Of a stretch of 64,000 nucleotides of DNA, positions 14,041 to 28,664 are shown piece after piece. Position numbers and translations under genes: made by a program. The notes below the pieces were generated by a model that saw only the letters and a program-made list of their open reading frames with translations, had not been told where the DNA came from and did not search any database. This DNA comes from the human T2T-CHM13v2.0 reference genome, Homo sapiens. Numbering within the stretch: the stretch's first letter is position 1; every line of letters starts with the position of its first letter. Location: the NCBI RefSeq assembly GCF_009914755.1, contig NC_060938.1; one strand, given 5' to 3'.

Positions 14041-15384
14041 ACCTAGATAGTTAATTTTCACTGTGAATAATCAATGTTTTCAGGGTTGCAAGCCATGGCA
14101 AAGGGGCACTATGACAAAGTCTCTTTAAGTTCTTGGCAGGTCCAGAATTAGCATGAAATTGCTGGGTGCCAACTGGGGCATGGGGACAGGAGCAGTCAGA
14201 AGGTGAATTCTATACACTTCGAAGACCCAACCTGGATCAACACCTGGTGTTTGAAGCACAAGGGCTTGTTAGTGCTAATCCTGCATCAAGTAGAGATGGT
14301 GGGAAATCGCCCTGAAAAGCTCTATAGTGTATAAAATGTCATGATGCTATTGAAACCCCTGTTGTCCCATTCAAACCGAGCTTTCTTTACAGTAGCACCT
14401 GAAAAATACAACTTCCACCATTTCCTTTGAGAAGGTAAATTCAGTCTGAGATCTCAGTATTTGTTTTCCTTGATTGGAAAGCTAAAACTGCCTCTTCCTT
14501 GATTTTGTCCCGTTAGTCTGAGCTTTGACCTTGTTACATGTTAGATAATTCCTTGATATGCTTGTTGTTAATGCCTTATAAATATTTGCAGACCAATTAT
14601 CTGTCTATAGGCAGCCACTGAGTCAACAACAGAATATCTGGGTTTTTTTCCATGTTCATAAATCATTCTTGGCAGACCTTAATCATTTGGGTTTTTGGCT
14701 GGCCTCTCTGACTTTCTTCTAGTTTATTTTTATCCTCCATAAGCCTCATCTATTTTGGAGAAATATTTAATTGCATAAGAGAGAAGTTGACTCCTGTTAG
14801 GTATGACACTGACAATCTTCCCTGGGTTCAGGGTTTCTTCAGAGTGGCATGAGAATCCCTTTGGGGATGGGAGAAGGCTTGTGAAAAGGACATATTTATG
14901 AGTCCCACCCCAGTTCTCTGAGGATGGGACTCAGGCATCTGGAATTTTCACTTCTTTAAAGGGTAGGTGATTCTTATATAAACAGTTTTAGAGCTATTAC
15001 CAAAGTTATTGCTTCAAATATTATACTTAGAGGAGAAGTTGGGGCAATTTCTTTTCTCGGTGGGAGAGGCTTTGCTCCATAATCCTCGTCAGTAATCAAG
15101 AGATACACCTTTCCTTAAAGAGTTTCCAAAAATGTTCTGCATGAGGAATCACCATTTCATGTCAGTCTTGTATATCAGTGGGGCTGGTTGGTTAATACAT
15201 ATGGATTGTATTGTGTTCATCTGACATTAAGATATAAGCTGAGGCAAAGTGAAGAGAGGAGGAAGAATGAATACAATAGATAAATAGTAAGATAGAAAAG
15301 AGAAGAGAAATGGAGATGGGGAGGAAATAAAGAAGAGATATTTGTGTAAATATGGTTTCATCTATGACAATGTTTAGTATCACG

Positions 15385-15600
15385 CTTTTTTACATTTTGA
15401 AGCACTTTACAGTATAAAAAATCCTTTTATATGCGATCCTCACAACTGTCCTGGGGTACTGGACCAGGTAAGTGTTAACATACCCATTTCACAGATGGAA
15501 AAATTGAGACTTCTGACAGCAACCTTCCGAAGGTCAGATAGCTAGTGTCAAAACCAACCCTGGAACTCAGGACTTAGTTCTAAAGCAGGAATTTTCTGCC
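15385..15600 (-). mobile_element. MIR SINE
   Basis: ATCCTCACAAC..CCCATTTCACAGATGGAAAAATTGAGAC..AAGGTCAGATAGCTAGT. Confidence 0.75.
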
Positions 15601-15906
15601 AATCCTAATCTATACTCAGCCTGGGTAACCTAGACTTGTTCTTGCTTGTGTAATGACAAGGCCTTCATTCTGAATGAGTGCTCTGATGTGATTTGATGTA
15701 GAGTGGTTCTTTGGGGAGGGACATGGCACTGGCACACTGAACAGAGTGGACTTGGTATCCTGAGGAGGTCCTTGGAAATTCTCATAAAAATCAACAAGCT
15801 TATTGAAAGAGCTCATGTTACATCTTATAAACAAAATAAAACTGGTACATGATTCGTGAGTGTCTTCATTCTTCTCTTTCTTCCCTTTCTTCTCTTCAAC
15901 ACACTC

Positions 15907-15908
<2 letters not shown>

Positions 15909-15943
<35 letters not shown>
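15909..15943. repeat. (CA)n microsatellite
   Basis: About 17 uninterrupted CA units. Confidence 0.98.
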
Positions 15944-15945
<2 letters not shown>

Positions 15946-17729
15946 AAGAAATTCACCTCTGGCTCTGGAATCTGGAGAAAGTTCAAAGTCATGCAGCAAT
16001 GACCGTCAGCATGATTAGGCCTACTGGAATCAACAAGATAAATTCAGGGCCTGATCACCATCAGACATTTTCTTGGTCTAACCTATTGTGGCCAAAGGAA
16101 GGGAAGTCTCACTCAGGTCTGCTCCCTCTCCTTCATTTACTTACTGAGCAGGCTTTTTTTGCTTTAGGGCATGGTTGGTACTGACCCTCCTGGGACTATA
16201 ATAAAAACTAACCTGGGTACCAGGGTTGAATGTTGATGAGTTTTTTTACCCTCGTTATTTCTCTTGATCATTACAACAGCCTGGTGATATAGGTAATGGT
16301 AATATCCAGGCATAATTACGATACCATTGGTCTAGGCATACTTGTATAATTCTGTAGATCAGCTACCCCCCTAGAAAGTACTAAGGTAAATTTATGCACA
16401 GAGAGGGTGAAACAATGCAAAGGGACACTCTATTGCTAGTTGGGGCTTAGGCCCCTCAAATACTGAACAGGATTTTGGTGAACTGGGCTGCACCACAAAG
16501 AGAAGCTGGGTGGACTTGAACCAACCTAAAAGAAAAGTCAAACCTACCTTTCTGATTTTGGTTAGGAAGGGAAACCAAACTCTGCATCCCTGCTGAGAAT
16601 CCCCGAAAAAGAAAGTGGCTGTAAAAGATGGAACCTAAGCCTTTCCAAGCCAGAATTCTGTGCTTTGTAGGAAAAGACAGGCATCAGAAGAGAAAGCCTC
16701 AAAGAGCTTTGAAGAGCAAGATAGCAAGATCTAGGACACAGCTTACTGTTTGAGGCCTAAGTTCCCCTCAGTGTTGGAAACTCCCACTATTATGGCCAGA
16801 TGAAGTAGTTTTGCCTCTTTCTTGGTCACTGTCTTTGGGATGTGGAGGTGGTGTGGGGGCTGGAGGGAAAATGTGATATCCTGGGGATATGTTTTACTGT
16901 GAGGAACTTAAGGATCGGGGAAGTTAAGTCACTTACTCAACCAAGGTCATTTGTTTAGTGTGTGGGGAAGCTCAGATTTGAACTCTTGAATCTTGGCAAC
17001 AACATTTAGTAATTTTCCCATTTTGCTACCTATCCTCTCTACCAAACACCATTTTGTTCTTATGTGGAAAATTGGTTCTACCCTCCTGGGCTTCCTCTGG
17101 CAGGAGCAGTGTCATTAAAACATTGAAGAGAACCCAAAGAATATATTTTTCTCCACTTAATGCTTGCTCAGGGAAGACATCCACATCCATGGGAGTTGTC
17201 TGGCTCACAGTTTAGGAAGTGTCATGCACATGGAGGTAGTCTGCTAGATGAGGCTTAGATCACATGTCTATTTCATCTCACTGTTCCTCCTTAAAAGTTC
17301 AGATGATACAAATGGCCACACTGTCCTCTAAAAGAAGCGTTGGAGTTTATTTTGGGAAAGGGGCCTATTTTAAGATAAAGGACAGGGGCTCCCTATTCTG
17401 CCACTGTGCTGGCTTGTCTCCACTCCACACTCAGCAAAAATGGAATATTCTCTAAACAATAGGTGACTCAGCCTTTGCAAAGTCTCAGGTGAAATGGATT
17501 TAGCCAGCAAAGAGAGAAAATGTCTTTTTTTTTTTTTTTTCATTTTTCCCTGGTCCTGTTTGATGATAATTCTCAGTGCTCAGTGCTCCTTTCATCCAAA
17601 GATCTGTAATTAATTAAGCCTCACAACTCCCCTGGCAAGTAGAGAGAGGTACAAGGATGTTCATTTAAAACCAATCCTGTTTGATACAGTAGGACTGTTA
17701 CCAAGGCTCTTTAAAAGAAAAACCTTTCT

Positions 17730-18070
<341 letters not shown>

Positions 18071-18178
18071 TTAAAAAAGAAAGGGAAGAAGTAACTTTAT
18101 CTGGGATACCTGCTGAGTTATGGCCACAGACAGAGTCCTAAGTTAGGAGCTCTGATGTCATTCTTGGATTAAACTAGG

Positions 18179-18699
18179 TGTATAAGCTACTGCTATGTAG
18201 CAAATCACCATGAAACTTAGTGGCTTTAGACAATAATAAACATTTATTGTTAATACAGTTACTGTGAATCAGGAATTCAGGAGTGGCTTATCTGGGTGGT
18301 TCTGCCTTGAGATCATAGTAAAGATGATAGCAAGGGCTGCAGTCATCTGAAGGCTTGACTGGGGCCGGAGGATCCACTTCTAAGATGGCTCACTCAAATG
18401 GATGGTGAGTTGGTGCTGGCTGTTGGTAGAAGACTAATTCTGCATGTGGACTTCTGCAAAGGGCTGCTTGAATGTCCTAATTATGAGGCAGATGCTCCCC
18501 TATTACAAGGGACCCAAAAGAGCAAACGTGTAAGTGTCAGTGTCTTTTGTTACCTACCCTGGGATGTCACACTGTCATTTCCTCAATGTCCTGTTGACTA
18601 CACAGGTTAGCTCTCAACATTATGGGAGGGGCCTACAACAAGGGCATGAATATCAGGAAGAAGACTCACTGGAGGCCTGCTTGGAGCCTGGCTACTGTA
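18179..18699 (-). mobile_element. MLT1F-like MaLR solo LTR
   Basis: AAACTTAGTGGCTT..GGGCTGCAGTCATCTGAAGGCTTGACTGGGGC..GGATCCACTTCTAAGATGGCTCACTC..GGCTACTGTA. Confidence 0.85.
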
Positions 18700-19494
18700 T
18701 GAAGACATATTAAACGTATGTCCATCTGTAATATTAGTGGTCCTCTGAAAAACCAGCTTAGAGGACTAAATATCATTCATCTGATAAGAAGAGAGAGTAA
18801 GAGATAGGGAATGGTGTAATTAACTTTCTGGTTATTTGTAGTTTTAGAAAAAAGAGCCACCATTCTTCATGGTTAAGTGATTAAGCCTATATTGGAGTGT
18901 ACATAACAAGGGGTGATGCTCCCATTTTTAGGAGCTGGATAGCTGTCCCAGACCTTATAGCAGATCACTGGCTCCTCATTGTTGGTCCATGGACCAATGT
19001 TATATTAACTGCTAAAAGGCATCCCTGAGGCATTTATTAAAAATGTGGATACCAGCTTTCTACTCTTAGGGATTCTAAGTCTGTGCATTTGGAACCCACT
19101 GTGCTGGCTCAACTTATCATGCAGTGGTAGCTTCAAGTTATGTGGGGTGAGAATTATGACTTATGGCAGTTATAGTCATTTGCTTAGCATCTCTCCATGA
19201 TCTTTTTCTTGGTCTCAGAACACCAACTAAAAATAAGTTCCTGGTTGCTAAGGGCATGAATATCAGGAAGGAATTGATAGTTGCCAATGTTGTTTGCATA
19301 CCATATTAGTTCAAGAAAGTGCAGAGAGTAGAAAGTTCCCTACCATAAGGGCTACTAGAAAGGCAGAGAGGGGATAGGGTTGCTGACCAATAGCAACAGT
19401 TTGGAAGATTATCATTATACTGCATCAATATATGCAAGGAACTGGTCTAATACCAGGTACAGAAGTACTTTTGCATCCTGCATACATTTTAGTC

Positions 19495-19651
19495 CAGTGG
19501 TTCTCAAATATTAGTATCCAGAAGAATCACCTGGAGAGTGTTTAAAAGTACAGATCTTTAGGTCTGCCTCTGGGATTCTGATTCAGTGGGTCTAGTGTAC
19601 CCCAGGTGGTTTTGATGTAAGTGATCTGGGACCACACTTTGATATACACTG
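19495..19651 (-). mobile_element. MER5A hAT-Charlie element
   Basis: CAGTGGTTCTCAAA..GAATCACCTGGAG..GATTCTGATTCAGTGGGTCT..GGACCACACTTTGA..CACTG terminal inverted repeats. Confidence 0.85.
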
Positions 19652-20467
19652 TTGTAGGTACAGCCTAACTTAATTGCAAGGTATTGACTTCATATCTATT
19701 TAATCTCCAGTAGCAAGAGTTTAACCGATAGAGTGGGTGACATATAAGGGGTACATGAATGACAGTTGCTAGGTGAACTGATGACATGCATGAGGGGTAC
19801 AGGGAGACTGGACAGGTGTGAAAAAGCATTTTATTAGCATTATCTTTGTGGATATTCCCCTTCCTTTCAGATGATAAGCTCTTAGAGGTAGGACCTATAT
19901 GCTATTTAATTTTGCAACTCCCGCAGAGGTTAGCATGGTAAGCTGCTTGCATCAGGCTTACAATAGATGTGTTAACACATAGGGGCAAGTTCATCTGAAG
20001 TGGCCAGGAATTCTGCCTGGTTGGGAATTGATTCATGGTACCCAGAGCATGTTGCATGTTGTGCTGACTGCTTTATGACTTTCGAAGTTGAGTGACTCTA
20101 GGTTATTGCCAAGCTCTCCTCTCACCTCTTCCCTCTTTCTTTCAAGTATCTCAGGTGGTATTGATAGTAAAACAGTCTTGGCATTAATGAGTGTCTGACT
20201 GGAGAGTGAAATGTAAATAAGAGTTGAATAGAGCACAGCCAAAGCCTACAAATTACCGCTGACAAATAACAGGGCAGACAAAGAGTATTTCAGCCTTACC
20301 AAACACCTCTGCTACAATCAGCTAAGAACACCTGGGAATGTCAGGGTGGCAGACACAGAGCCAACAACATGATCAAGAAGAGGACATTTGATGGCAAAGA
20401 GCAAAGCAGCAAGTTGCTTGTGCATTGCTTAGAGAAGAAGAGGAAGAAGAATGATAGAACTACTGGC

Positions 20468-21130
20468 TTCACTCAAGAATAATTTATTGAACTTCTACTA
20501 TGTGCCAGTACTTATTATAGGTACTAGAGATAATAAGGTATACCAAGTAGACATAAAGCTTATATTTTAGCAAAAGATATAGATAATGGATAAGCAAATA
20601 CTTAGTACATAGTACAATGTCACATGGTGATTAGTGTCAGTAAGAAGAATAAAGCAAGGGAGGGGAATACACAGTAAAAATAAAGTAAATATAATTCCCA
20701 ATGACATTGCTATATATAATAATTTGACAAATCCATTAAACTAATACTTACTGAGTGCTTACTATGTGTCACACAGTATTGGGCAATGGAGATACAGTGA
20801 TAAGAGAAGTTTTGTAATTTCACAGTGCCTAATTTTTTTAGGCCAGGAAAAAGACTATAAACAAAGAAAGACACATAAGAAACATATGAGATAGTGATTT
20901 GTGCTATCTAGAGAATTAAGGAGAACTGGTAGAGTGACTGGGAAGGCTGCTTTAGTTTGGTTGAGGGAATTCCTCTCCAAGGAGGTGATATTAAATTGAA
21001 ATCTGAATGACAAAGAGGAGCCAGCTATGCAGAAAGCATCACAGGCCAAGTGGGGAGGGCACACGGGTGAAGGCCCTGGACCCAGCAGATCTAGGAATAG
21101 AAAGGCCAGTAAAGCTTTATAAACCATGAG
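20468..21130 (-). mobile_element. L2 LINE 3' fragments (two adjacent pieces)
   Basis: TTCACTCAA..ATTTATTGAAC..CTACTATGTGCCAG and TTACTGAGTGCTTACTATGTGTC L2 tails; GGAGGTGATATT..ATCTGAATGACAAAGAGGAGCCAGC body. Confidence 0.75.
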
Positions 21131-22511
21131 GGGCTGGGGTCTGGTTAGAATAATTAAGAAGAGAAATAATTTTTTGTTTTTCACATATATGACCTGGGGA
21201 ACAAATATAAATCCTACAAAACTATCTTTCTTTCCATTTAAATATTGTCTAGTTCTTTCATCAGAGACAGGTGTAATATTTAAGTCAATTGATTTATAAT
21301 ATGAATTTCTTCCTGTAATTAGTTCTCTTTTCCCCAGCACCCCTGAGATAATTCAAAATGCAGGGCAAGTGTTATTATAATAAAATTTTATGTTAGTATA
21401 ATTAACAAAAATACCATATAGCAATATGCCAGTCATTAAGCGTGTTGATTCATGTAGTAACTGGGAATTCTTAGTTAATATTTGTCTGCAGATCCATTTA
21501 TCTTCCATAACACCTTAGATGAAATGTTTCTTTTTGGGCTTGTATTCAAGATCTTGGGGTGATCTTTTTCTGTGTCTAGTTTCCATGCAATCTGAGCTCT
21601 GCAGCAGCCAGTGGAAATGCCCTTAGTTGTCTTCAGTTTCTCTTTATGGGTGCTGCAATCTCTTTAACCCCTGTCCATACAGGAACTTTGTACACTCTGC
21701 TGTATTCTCCATCTAGGGTTCACATATCACCCAAATTCTCTTCTATGTCTCTGGGAAGGGAAGCAATTCTTTTTGCAGGTCTTCACTATTGTCTTTTTCT
21801 TTTTTCCATTGCTTTTTCTGTGCTGTCTGGAGAATCACTTTCCATACCATTGGGTCTTCTTTTCCCCAGTTAATATACCAGAGCCTTTCTGCTCATTCAT
21901 TCTCTACATTTCATGCCTCTCTGAAGTATTAATACCTTTCTCTTTACACTGGTTACAGATGTATATGCAAAGATCAAGTGGATAGATTGTGTTTGCTGAG
22001 AAACTTTAGTGTTGAAAATGCAATGCAAATCTTTAATGTAAGTTTACTGTATATTTGAGTGTATTGTATATTTATTCTCCAATATAAATTTAGCAACTTT
22101 CACATTATGAATCACTAAGCCTTATGTTTCTCCAAAGAAGGGAGCATGACTTCTCAAAATACAATATTGTTTTAGAATGAAAATTTGTTTCATGACCAAT
22201 GCAAATCAGTTCTGAAATTCCAAACTCCCTCAGCCTTGACTAGCTTTAAAATGCAAATGCTACCCATAAGGAACAAATGTCTTTTCAATTATTAAAATTG
22301 AATTTCAAGATTTGGTTTCTTATGATAAAAATGTTTGAATATATCTGAAAAATCTTTCTTAAATCCTACTATTAATTAAAAAGGATAAAAGCAGAAAGTT
22401 GCAGGCAATAACAAGAACAAAGATTGAGTTACAAAAACTAGAATGTGTTTAATTTTCATAGAAGTTCTAAGGCATTACATTAGCACCATTAGGGTAGGGA
22501 AACAGGCTTAT

Positions 22512-22600
22512 GTCTCTCTCTGTCTCACACACACACACGCACACACATACACAGGCTAACGGGAAAGGACAGACTCATGTACACACACATACACGCACAC
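22512..22600. repeat. Imperfect (TC)n(CA)n microsatellite
   Basis: Interrupted TC and CA runs. Confidence 0.8.
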
Positions 22601-23751
22601 ATAGTTGAGCCAATATGCTTTATGATCTGTGAAAATTAGGCTCAACATAGTGACCGAATTGAGAGACAGGATGTTGATCATAGTTTTGCTTTCTAACTTG
22701 AAGAATATAGCTGAGAAGCCAGGGTTTAATGGTTTTGATATTCTGGAAAATAGGTATCATGATAGTCAAACGTTTCTGCTCTGTTGGGATACAACAGAAG
22801 TATGATGTCTGTCCTTAGGAAGTTTACTAGTGATTTGGGGGGAAAATGGCTTTATATTATACAACTCAAACAGTATGAGCCAGTATACGCTTAAGCACTA
22901 GATACTGCAGTGCACAGAGACAAGTAGTTATGAGAATCAAGAGAAAGGAACATTATTAATACTGTGTGGGGCCAACATGGAATGCTTCATGGAGGAGAAG
23001 AAGTTTAACTTAATTTGGAGGAAAATACAGAATTTAGCATCATTTTCTCTTTAATGATAGCAAGTCATTTTTATTAATAATATTGATTATCTCTCTGTTG
23101 ACTCACAGATTAGAGGATGGAAAAGCATGACAAACCCACAGGGTAACTATGTTTTAAAGGTTTTTAAAAAAGAAGTCAGAAAAAAAAGAGAAAGCCTTTC
23201 TAAGAGCCTAGTCTTGGGGAAAATGTAGGAGATGCAGAAGAGAATTAATGGCTAATGCTTATCATTTTGTACAAAATAACCTTGACACAAATGGGGCAAT
23301 TTAAAGAAGGGTAAGTGACTCCCAGCCCACTCACCAAGGTTGATGGTGGAAATAATCATGGGGTTGAGGGCAGACTGGAAAAAGAAGACCGAGGGTAGGT
23401 AGCTTTCTCTTCTACATTATGTGTGTTTCTGATCTAGAGGTAGGAAGCTCATAGCTGAAGGAGCATTTTAGAAACTCAGCCTCTTCCACTTTCCAATCAC
23501 TTTAGGTACTTAACTTGATCTAGCTGCAAGTTAGATGTGTCTCTTTTTTTTCCATCCTCCTTCAAGCTCTATGCAGAGATGTGTTAGTTGTCATATCACC
23601 AACGTCCAAGAAGTTATAGTGAACAAAACACAGTTAGAGAACTAGGATAATTGTAAATATTTTTTATAGCAAACCAATGTGCTACAATATGTAAGTTAGG
23701 GTGTGACTATCCCTGTGCTTCATAAGTGAGAAAATTATTATTGCTCTAAGT

Positions 23752-24300
23752 CAGTTTTCCATCTTGGCTACACATTAGAATCACCTGGCGAACTTTAAAA
23801 ATTACGAATGCCCAGGACCTTCCCCCACCTGCTCTCCCAAGAGGCATAGTGAGTCTGAGAAGTGGCCTGGGCATTGGGGTTTCTAAAGCTCCCCAGGTTA
23901 TTCTAATGTTCTGCAAAGTTGAGAACCACTCCTCTAACTGCTGATATAAACAAAGTGCAGCTGGAGAGTTTGTTAAACCACAGACTGTTGAATTCCATCG
24001 GCAGAGTTTCTGATTCATTAGATCTGGGATGGGAACCAAGAATTTGTATTTCTAACACATCCTTAGGTGATGCTGATACTGCTGGTTCTGGGGACCACAG
24101 TTTAAGAAACGTTGATTTAAACTATTGAGGTCAAGACAATTCAGGTTGTACAAAGTCAGCATTTCGTAAGGTTTGTCCCCAGAACATACTTATTAAAATG
24201 CAGATTCTGGGCACCTCCCTAAACTCACTGAATTAGAATGTCCAGGAATTTGCAATTTTAAATGAGCTCTTCCAGTTTTTCTTTTGGACGCTAGTGAACT
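23752..24300. mobile_element. Three consecutive MER5-family elements
   Basis: 23752-23930 (ATTAGAATCACCTGG..GTTGAGAACCACT), 23958-24114 (GTTTCTGATTCATTAGATCTGGG..GGGGACCACAGTTT), 24155-24300 (TTAAAATGCAGATTCTGGGC). Confidence 0.8.
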
Positions 24301-24491
24301 ATGGTGGAGGTTAATAGTTTTATTTCTTATCTTGCTCCAAATATTATTTTATATAAGTTGAATGTGTGACCCTATGAAGGTTTTTGTAATTATTTTATGC
24401 TATATTTTGTGTGTGTGTGGAAGAAAACCTCTATAGATTGGATTGCATTAGGTACCCTGAGGAATATCAGTAGTCAAATTTGGGGAAATAA

Positions 24492-24797
24492 GGCTGGGCA
24501 TGGTGGTTCACGCCTGTAATCCCAGCACTTTGGGAGAGCAGGGAGGGCAAATTACCTGAGGTCAGGAGTTTAAGACCAGCCTGGCCAACATGGTGAATCT
24601 CTACTAAAAAATACAAAAATTAGCCAGGCATGATGGCAGATGCCTATAATCCCAGCTGCTCAGGAGGCTGAGGCAGGAAGAATTGCTTGAACCTGGGAGG
24701 CGGAGGTTGCAGTGAGCAGAGATCACGCCACGGCACTCCAGCCTGGGTGATAGAGTGAGACCCTCAAAGAAACAAACAAACAAAAAACCCAAAAAAG
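24492..24797 (+). mobile_element. AluSx-like SINE
   Basis: Full dimer; 16-bp TSD AAATTTGGGGAAATAA (24476-24491) / AAATTTGGAGAAATAA (24798-24813). Confidence 0.97.
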
Positions 24798-24979
24798 AAA
24801 TTTGGAGAAATAAGCTTCGTCATGGGGCTTATATTATAACAACAGACTCACCTGTTTATATAGTGGCTGCAATTCTCATTGCATCTGAGATGTTCAAGAG
24901 GTAACTTTCAAAACCACACTTGGCACATTCAACATAATTAGGTAATTGCACACAGCACAGGTTGTGTAAAGGTTAGAGG

Positions 24980-25152
24980 AGCATCTTTCAAATTTTAGAG
25001 GATATTAAAATTACCAGGGGTATTTGTTAAAAGTTAGATTCCCAAGTCAGAGCTCCAGAGAGTCCCAGCTCTGGGTGGCATCCAGGAATCTTTATTTAAC
25101 AAAAGTAGATTCTTATACAATGGGTCCAGGAATCTCATTTTAAGAAATAGTG
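24980..25152. mobile_element. Decayed MER5-family element
   Basis: ATTAAAATTACCAGGGGTATTTGTTAAAAG..GATTCCCA..CCAGGAATCT..TTTAACAA. Confidence 0.55.
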
Positions 25153-28100
25153 GATTGGAGAATATGAAGTATAAAAATTGTTTTCACAGTTGACCTGAGT
25201 TGCTAATAAACAATTTGCTATATATTTACTATTTTTTTCACATTTTGTAAGTCAGTGTCCTAATAGCTAGGTATAAGTGTAGGCTAAAATGGCAATGTTC
25301 AGGATACATCCTTTAAGGGTGTAATATTATTACATACATCTGTCTCCTTTCTCATTTACATATTGTGCAGCTTTTTTTGTCCCTTTCTATACTATTCCCC
25401 CTTTTATTAAAAAATGGAGCAGACACATGATTAAAATGAGGACCAGGTCAAGTTTGCATTTAGCTAAGTATTCTTCCCCTTTATTTCCCTGTCTTGGCCA
25501 GCTTACTGTCATTCCTCTTTTTCCCTTTGTTCTTTTGTCTGTCTTTTCCCCTACCAGTCCATGTTCCATCTTTCCTCTACGTTGTCTCTCCTTTGTGACC
25601 TCTTTCTGTGGCCATTTCAGTGGGCATGAAGGGAAGGGGTGGTCACTGTAAACCTTGCCAATCCATATTTCTCTCTCCACAGCCAGGTGGTGGTGTAGAA
25701 AGTTAGTAAAGAATAAAAACCTACACAAGTCTTCTATTATATTCTGGTGTGCAAGTGTGGGGTTAATAGAACTGAATAAAATGATTTTTAACTAAAACTC
25801 AGAGTCCACAGGTAAGAGGGAGAGAGGTCTGGACAAAAATTGTACAAAATTTTGTTGGTGAATGATAGTCTCTGTAGGGGAACGCTGTGCAAAATGAGTC
25901 TTAACTGATTTAGAATATAGCTGGACATTCTTATCAAGTTAACTGTCCACTGTTTTGAATCACAGGGGCTAGGATAGGATTATTTCTTTTTCTTTCATGT
26001 TTCGGATTTCCTTCTACCTGCGAAAATATTAGCTTTCACTCAAGAATCCTCTCCCAGGCAGAAAGAAGGAAAGAAAGTCTTGCTAGAGGAGAAATCTTAT
26101 TAAGGCTCATGGTGATTCAGGAGTGACAGCCGGGGCTTTTTCAATGGACTTATCTGCTGTCACAGAGACCCACTATCCTGGAAGAGCCCAGGCAAAGTCT
26201 GAGGGTTTTGACCATCAAAATGAATGACTGCAATATGTTTTGAATTGCACAGACAGGAGGAGAAGTGATAGGTATTCTTTATGGAAAATCACAAAGAGAA
26301 AGAGCTAGCAATCTTCAAGCCTTTTTATCTTCATACCAAAAACAATATGAATACTTTCTATGGAGAAAAATTGTGGCAGCAACCTGAGCTGAACATAACT
26401 ACAAACAGAAAGGATATCCCCTCCTACAGCCCTCAGAGTCATCTGGCATTTTGCTTATCCTGCCCCTGAACTCAAGACTCTTTTATATTATAGAGTTCTT
26501 TTAGGAAATATTTATTTCTTGAACTTCCCCTTATTTTTTAGGGTATCTCCCCATCTTTTTGCCCCAAGAGCCTGAATCACTTGAGCAAGATATAATATCC
26601 ATGTAGATAAGATGATAAAGGGATTCCTTATATCAAGGAGTCAACTAAAAGTTAATCCCTGTGAAACACAGAAACCCACCACAAATGGTAAAATCCCAAG
26701 AAAAAGTTTTGAGTTTTGACCAAAGAGCTAATTTCATTTCCCACAAGTGCAAAACTTTGGATGTATTTATATCAGCTGACTACTATATCTTTTCTCAAAC
26801 TCCAAAGCCCACATAGCTGATATACTCTTGTCAACTGATATTGTTTCCATGTTACAGATCAGGAAACGGAGGCTATTCAAAGTTACTGTATATGCGTTGT
26901 CTAAGTGCTATTTGTATACTTGTTTATCACTCCTTTGATCTGCCCCATTGAGGTAGACAATGATTCTTGCTACTTCTTGGCTCTCCTATATACCCAGGGC
27001 TATCCTGTCTCATAATAGAAGCTTGATAAATATTGTCAAACTAGATCATATGCTTTGTTTGAGTCCTCAAGGGGAGACAATGAAATAGCTGGGGCTAGAC
27101 CCTCCTCTCTCTCTCAGACATCTTGAAATGCAGTCAGGACGTAGCGGTGCTGAGCCCATTATAAGACCTCAATAAATACCTGTCAATGGCTTGACTGAAG
27201 GACTGATTCAAGACTATCATATTCTTTAGTACTTGTCTCATGTACTTCAACAAGGACTTTAGACTAAACTGATTTGATTGGTTATATTTTTAGACTTGTT
27301 ACTTCTGTTTTGACAGAAAGAATAGACAATACGACTACAAGCATAGTGACCTTCTGGATTTGTTCCTGTGGATAATCTTAAGATAATTTGAAGGAAGTTT
27401 CTTAACTTTTTAAAGGCACAGGTGTCAGAAGTGACAGGCTTGATAATTAGTCAGCATTACCCCCTCACTCCTTTTAATGTTGTTTCTCACGCTTTGCATT
27501 GGTTACTAGTCAATCTGGGTTGCAGTTCTGATTTAGATGTCACCGTACTCTGCTTTAAAGGTTATTTTGGATCTTTGCCTGTCTTTGATGTGTTCTAGTA
27601 CCCATCGTCCTGTCTCCATCCCCAGCATCTGAGAACACTTCTCATTTCCCCACTAGATTGTTTTTTTAAATTTTTGAGCATGCTCTGTTTTATTTTCTGA
27701 TTATGAAGGGCATTTCTAGTAGTCCTGGGAAGAGTGAGCTCACAAAAAGACAGCTAGAGAACTAGTGATCATGACTATTATCACATCAAGACTTTGGCTT
27801 AAGCAAAACAGAACAACAAAACCCCAAAAAACCCCACAAAACTGGGAAGTGCTTAGAGCCCCTTCTACGTGACTCTGTCTGCATCTGCAGTAGGAAAGTT
27901 TACATTTACTGTTAATCTGCTGTTCAACTTTTTGGGAATGAATTAGCAACTCTTAAATTTCTCTCCATTTCCTATTTCTAGTAATTAGCTCAGTGTCACA
28001 GCTAAGGTTTTCTTACTGACTTCAGCATGGAGACTTAGCAGTTATGGAAAGGAGAGGCTAGAGCTTTCCACCAACTGCATGTCACTGGTGACTCCAAGAG

Positions 28101-28605
28101 AGAATCCAACAAATCAACTACTAATAATCCTTACTATTTAAACCGTGTTCACTATTATCCAATAACTTGGCTCTCAGTTATATCTTCTTAAGAATTCTAA
28201 TAAGGCATTTAGTTTATACAAAGGAGGAGTCTGATCTATGCAGTGGACATGAGAGACAACCAAAGTTTTGTTCCTCTTTCCAGTGGCATAGAGAAAAAAA
28301 TAAAATTTAGGCAGAATTAGAATTCAGAATGCCTGGGAGTTCCTCCAGCCTTGGGAAATTCCAGGTGAGAGGGGAGGACTCTGGAGCTTTTTAAAAAGAC
28401 CCTAGAGTTCATTTTACCCAACAATTTTATTTCATAAATGAGAAAATTGAGGCCTAGAGAAGTATGGCTTACCAAGGTTACAAACTAAATTATGGCAGTT
28501 TTAGCTCATGGCTTATGTTAGCTAGACTGCTGGTTCGATTTTTCAGTGGAAGCCTCCTTTTGAAGAAGGGCAAGCCATTCATTTTTCAGCATAAACCAAG
28601 GGATG

Positions 28606-28610
<5 letters not shown>

Positions 28611-28664
<54 letters not shown>
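28611..28664. repeat. Compound (AC)n(AG)n microsatellite
   Basis: About 15 AC units followed by 12 AG units. Confidence 0.98.
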
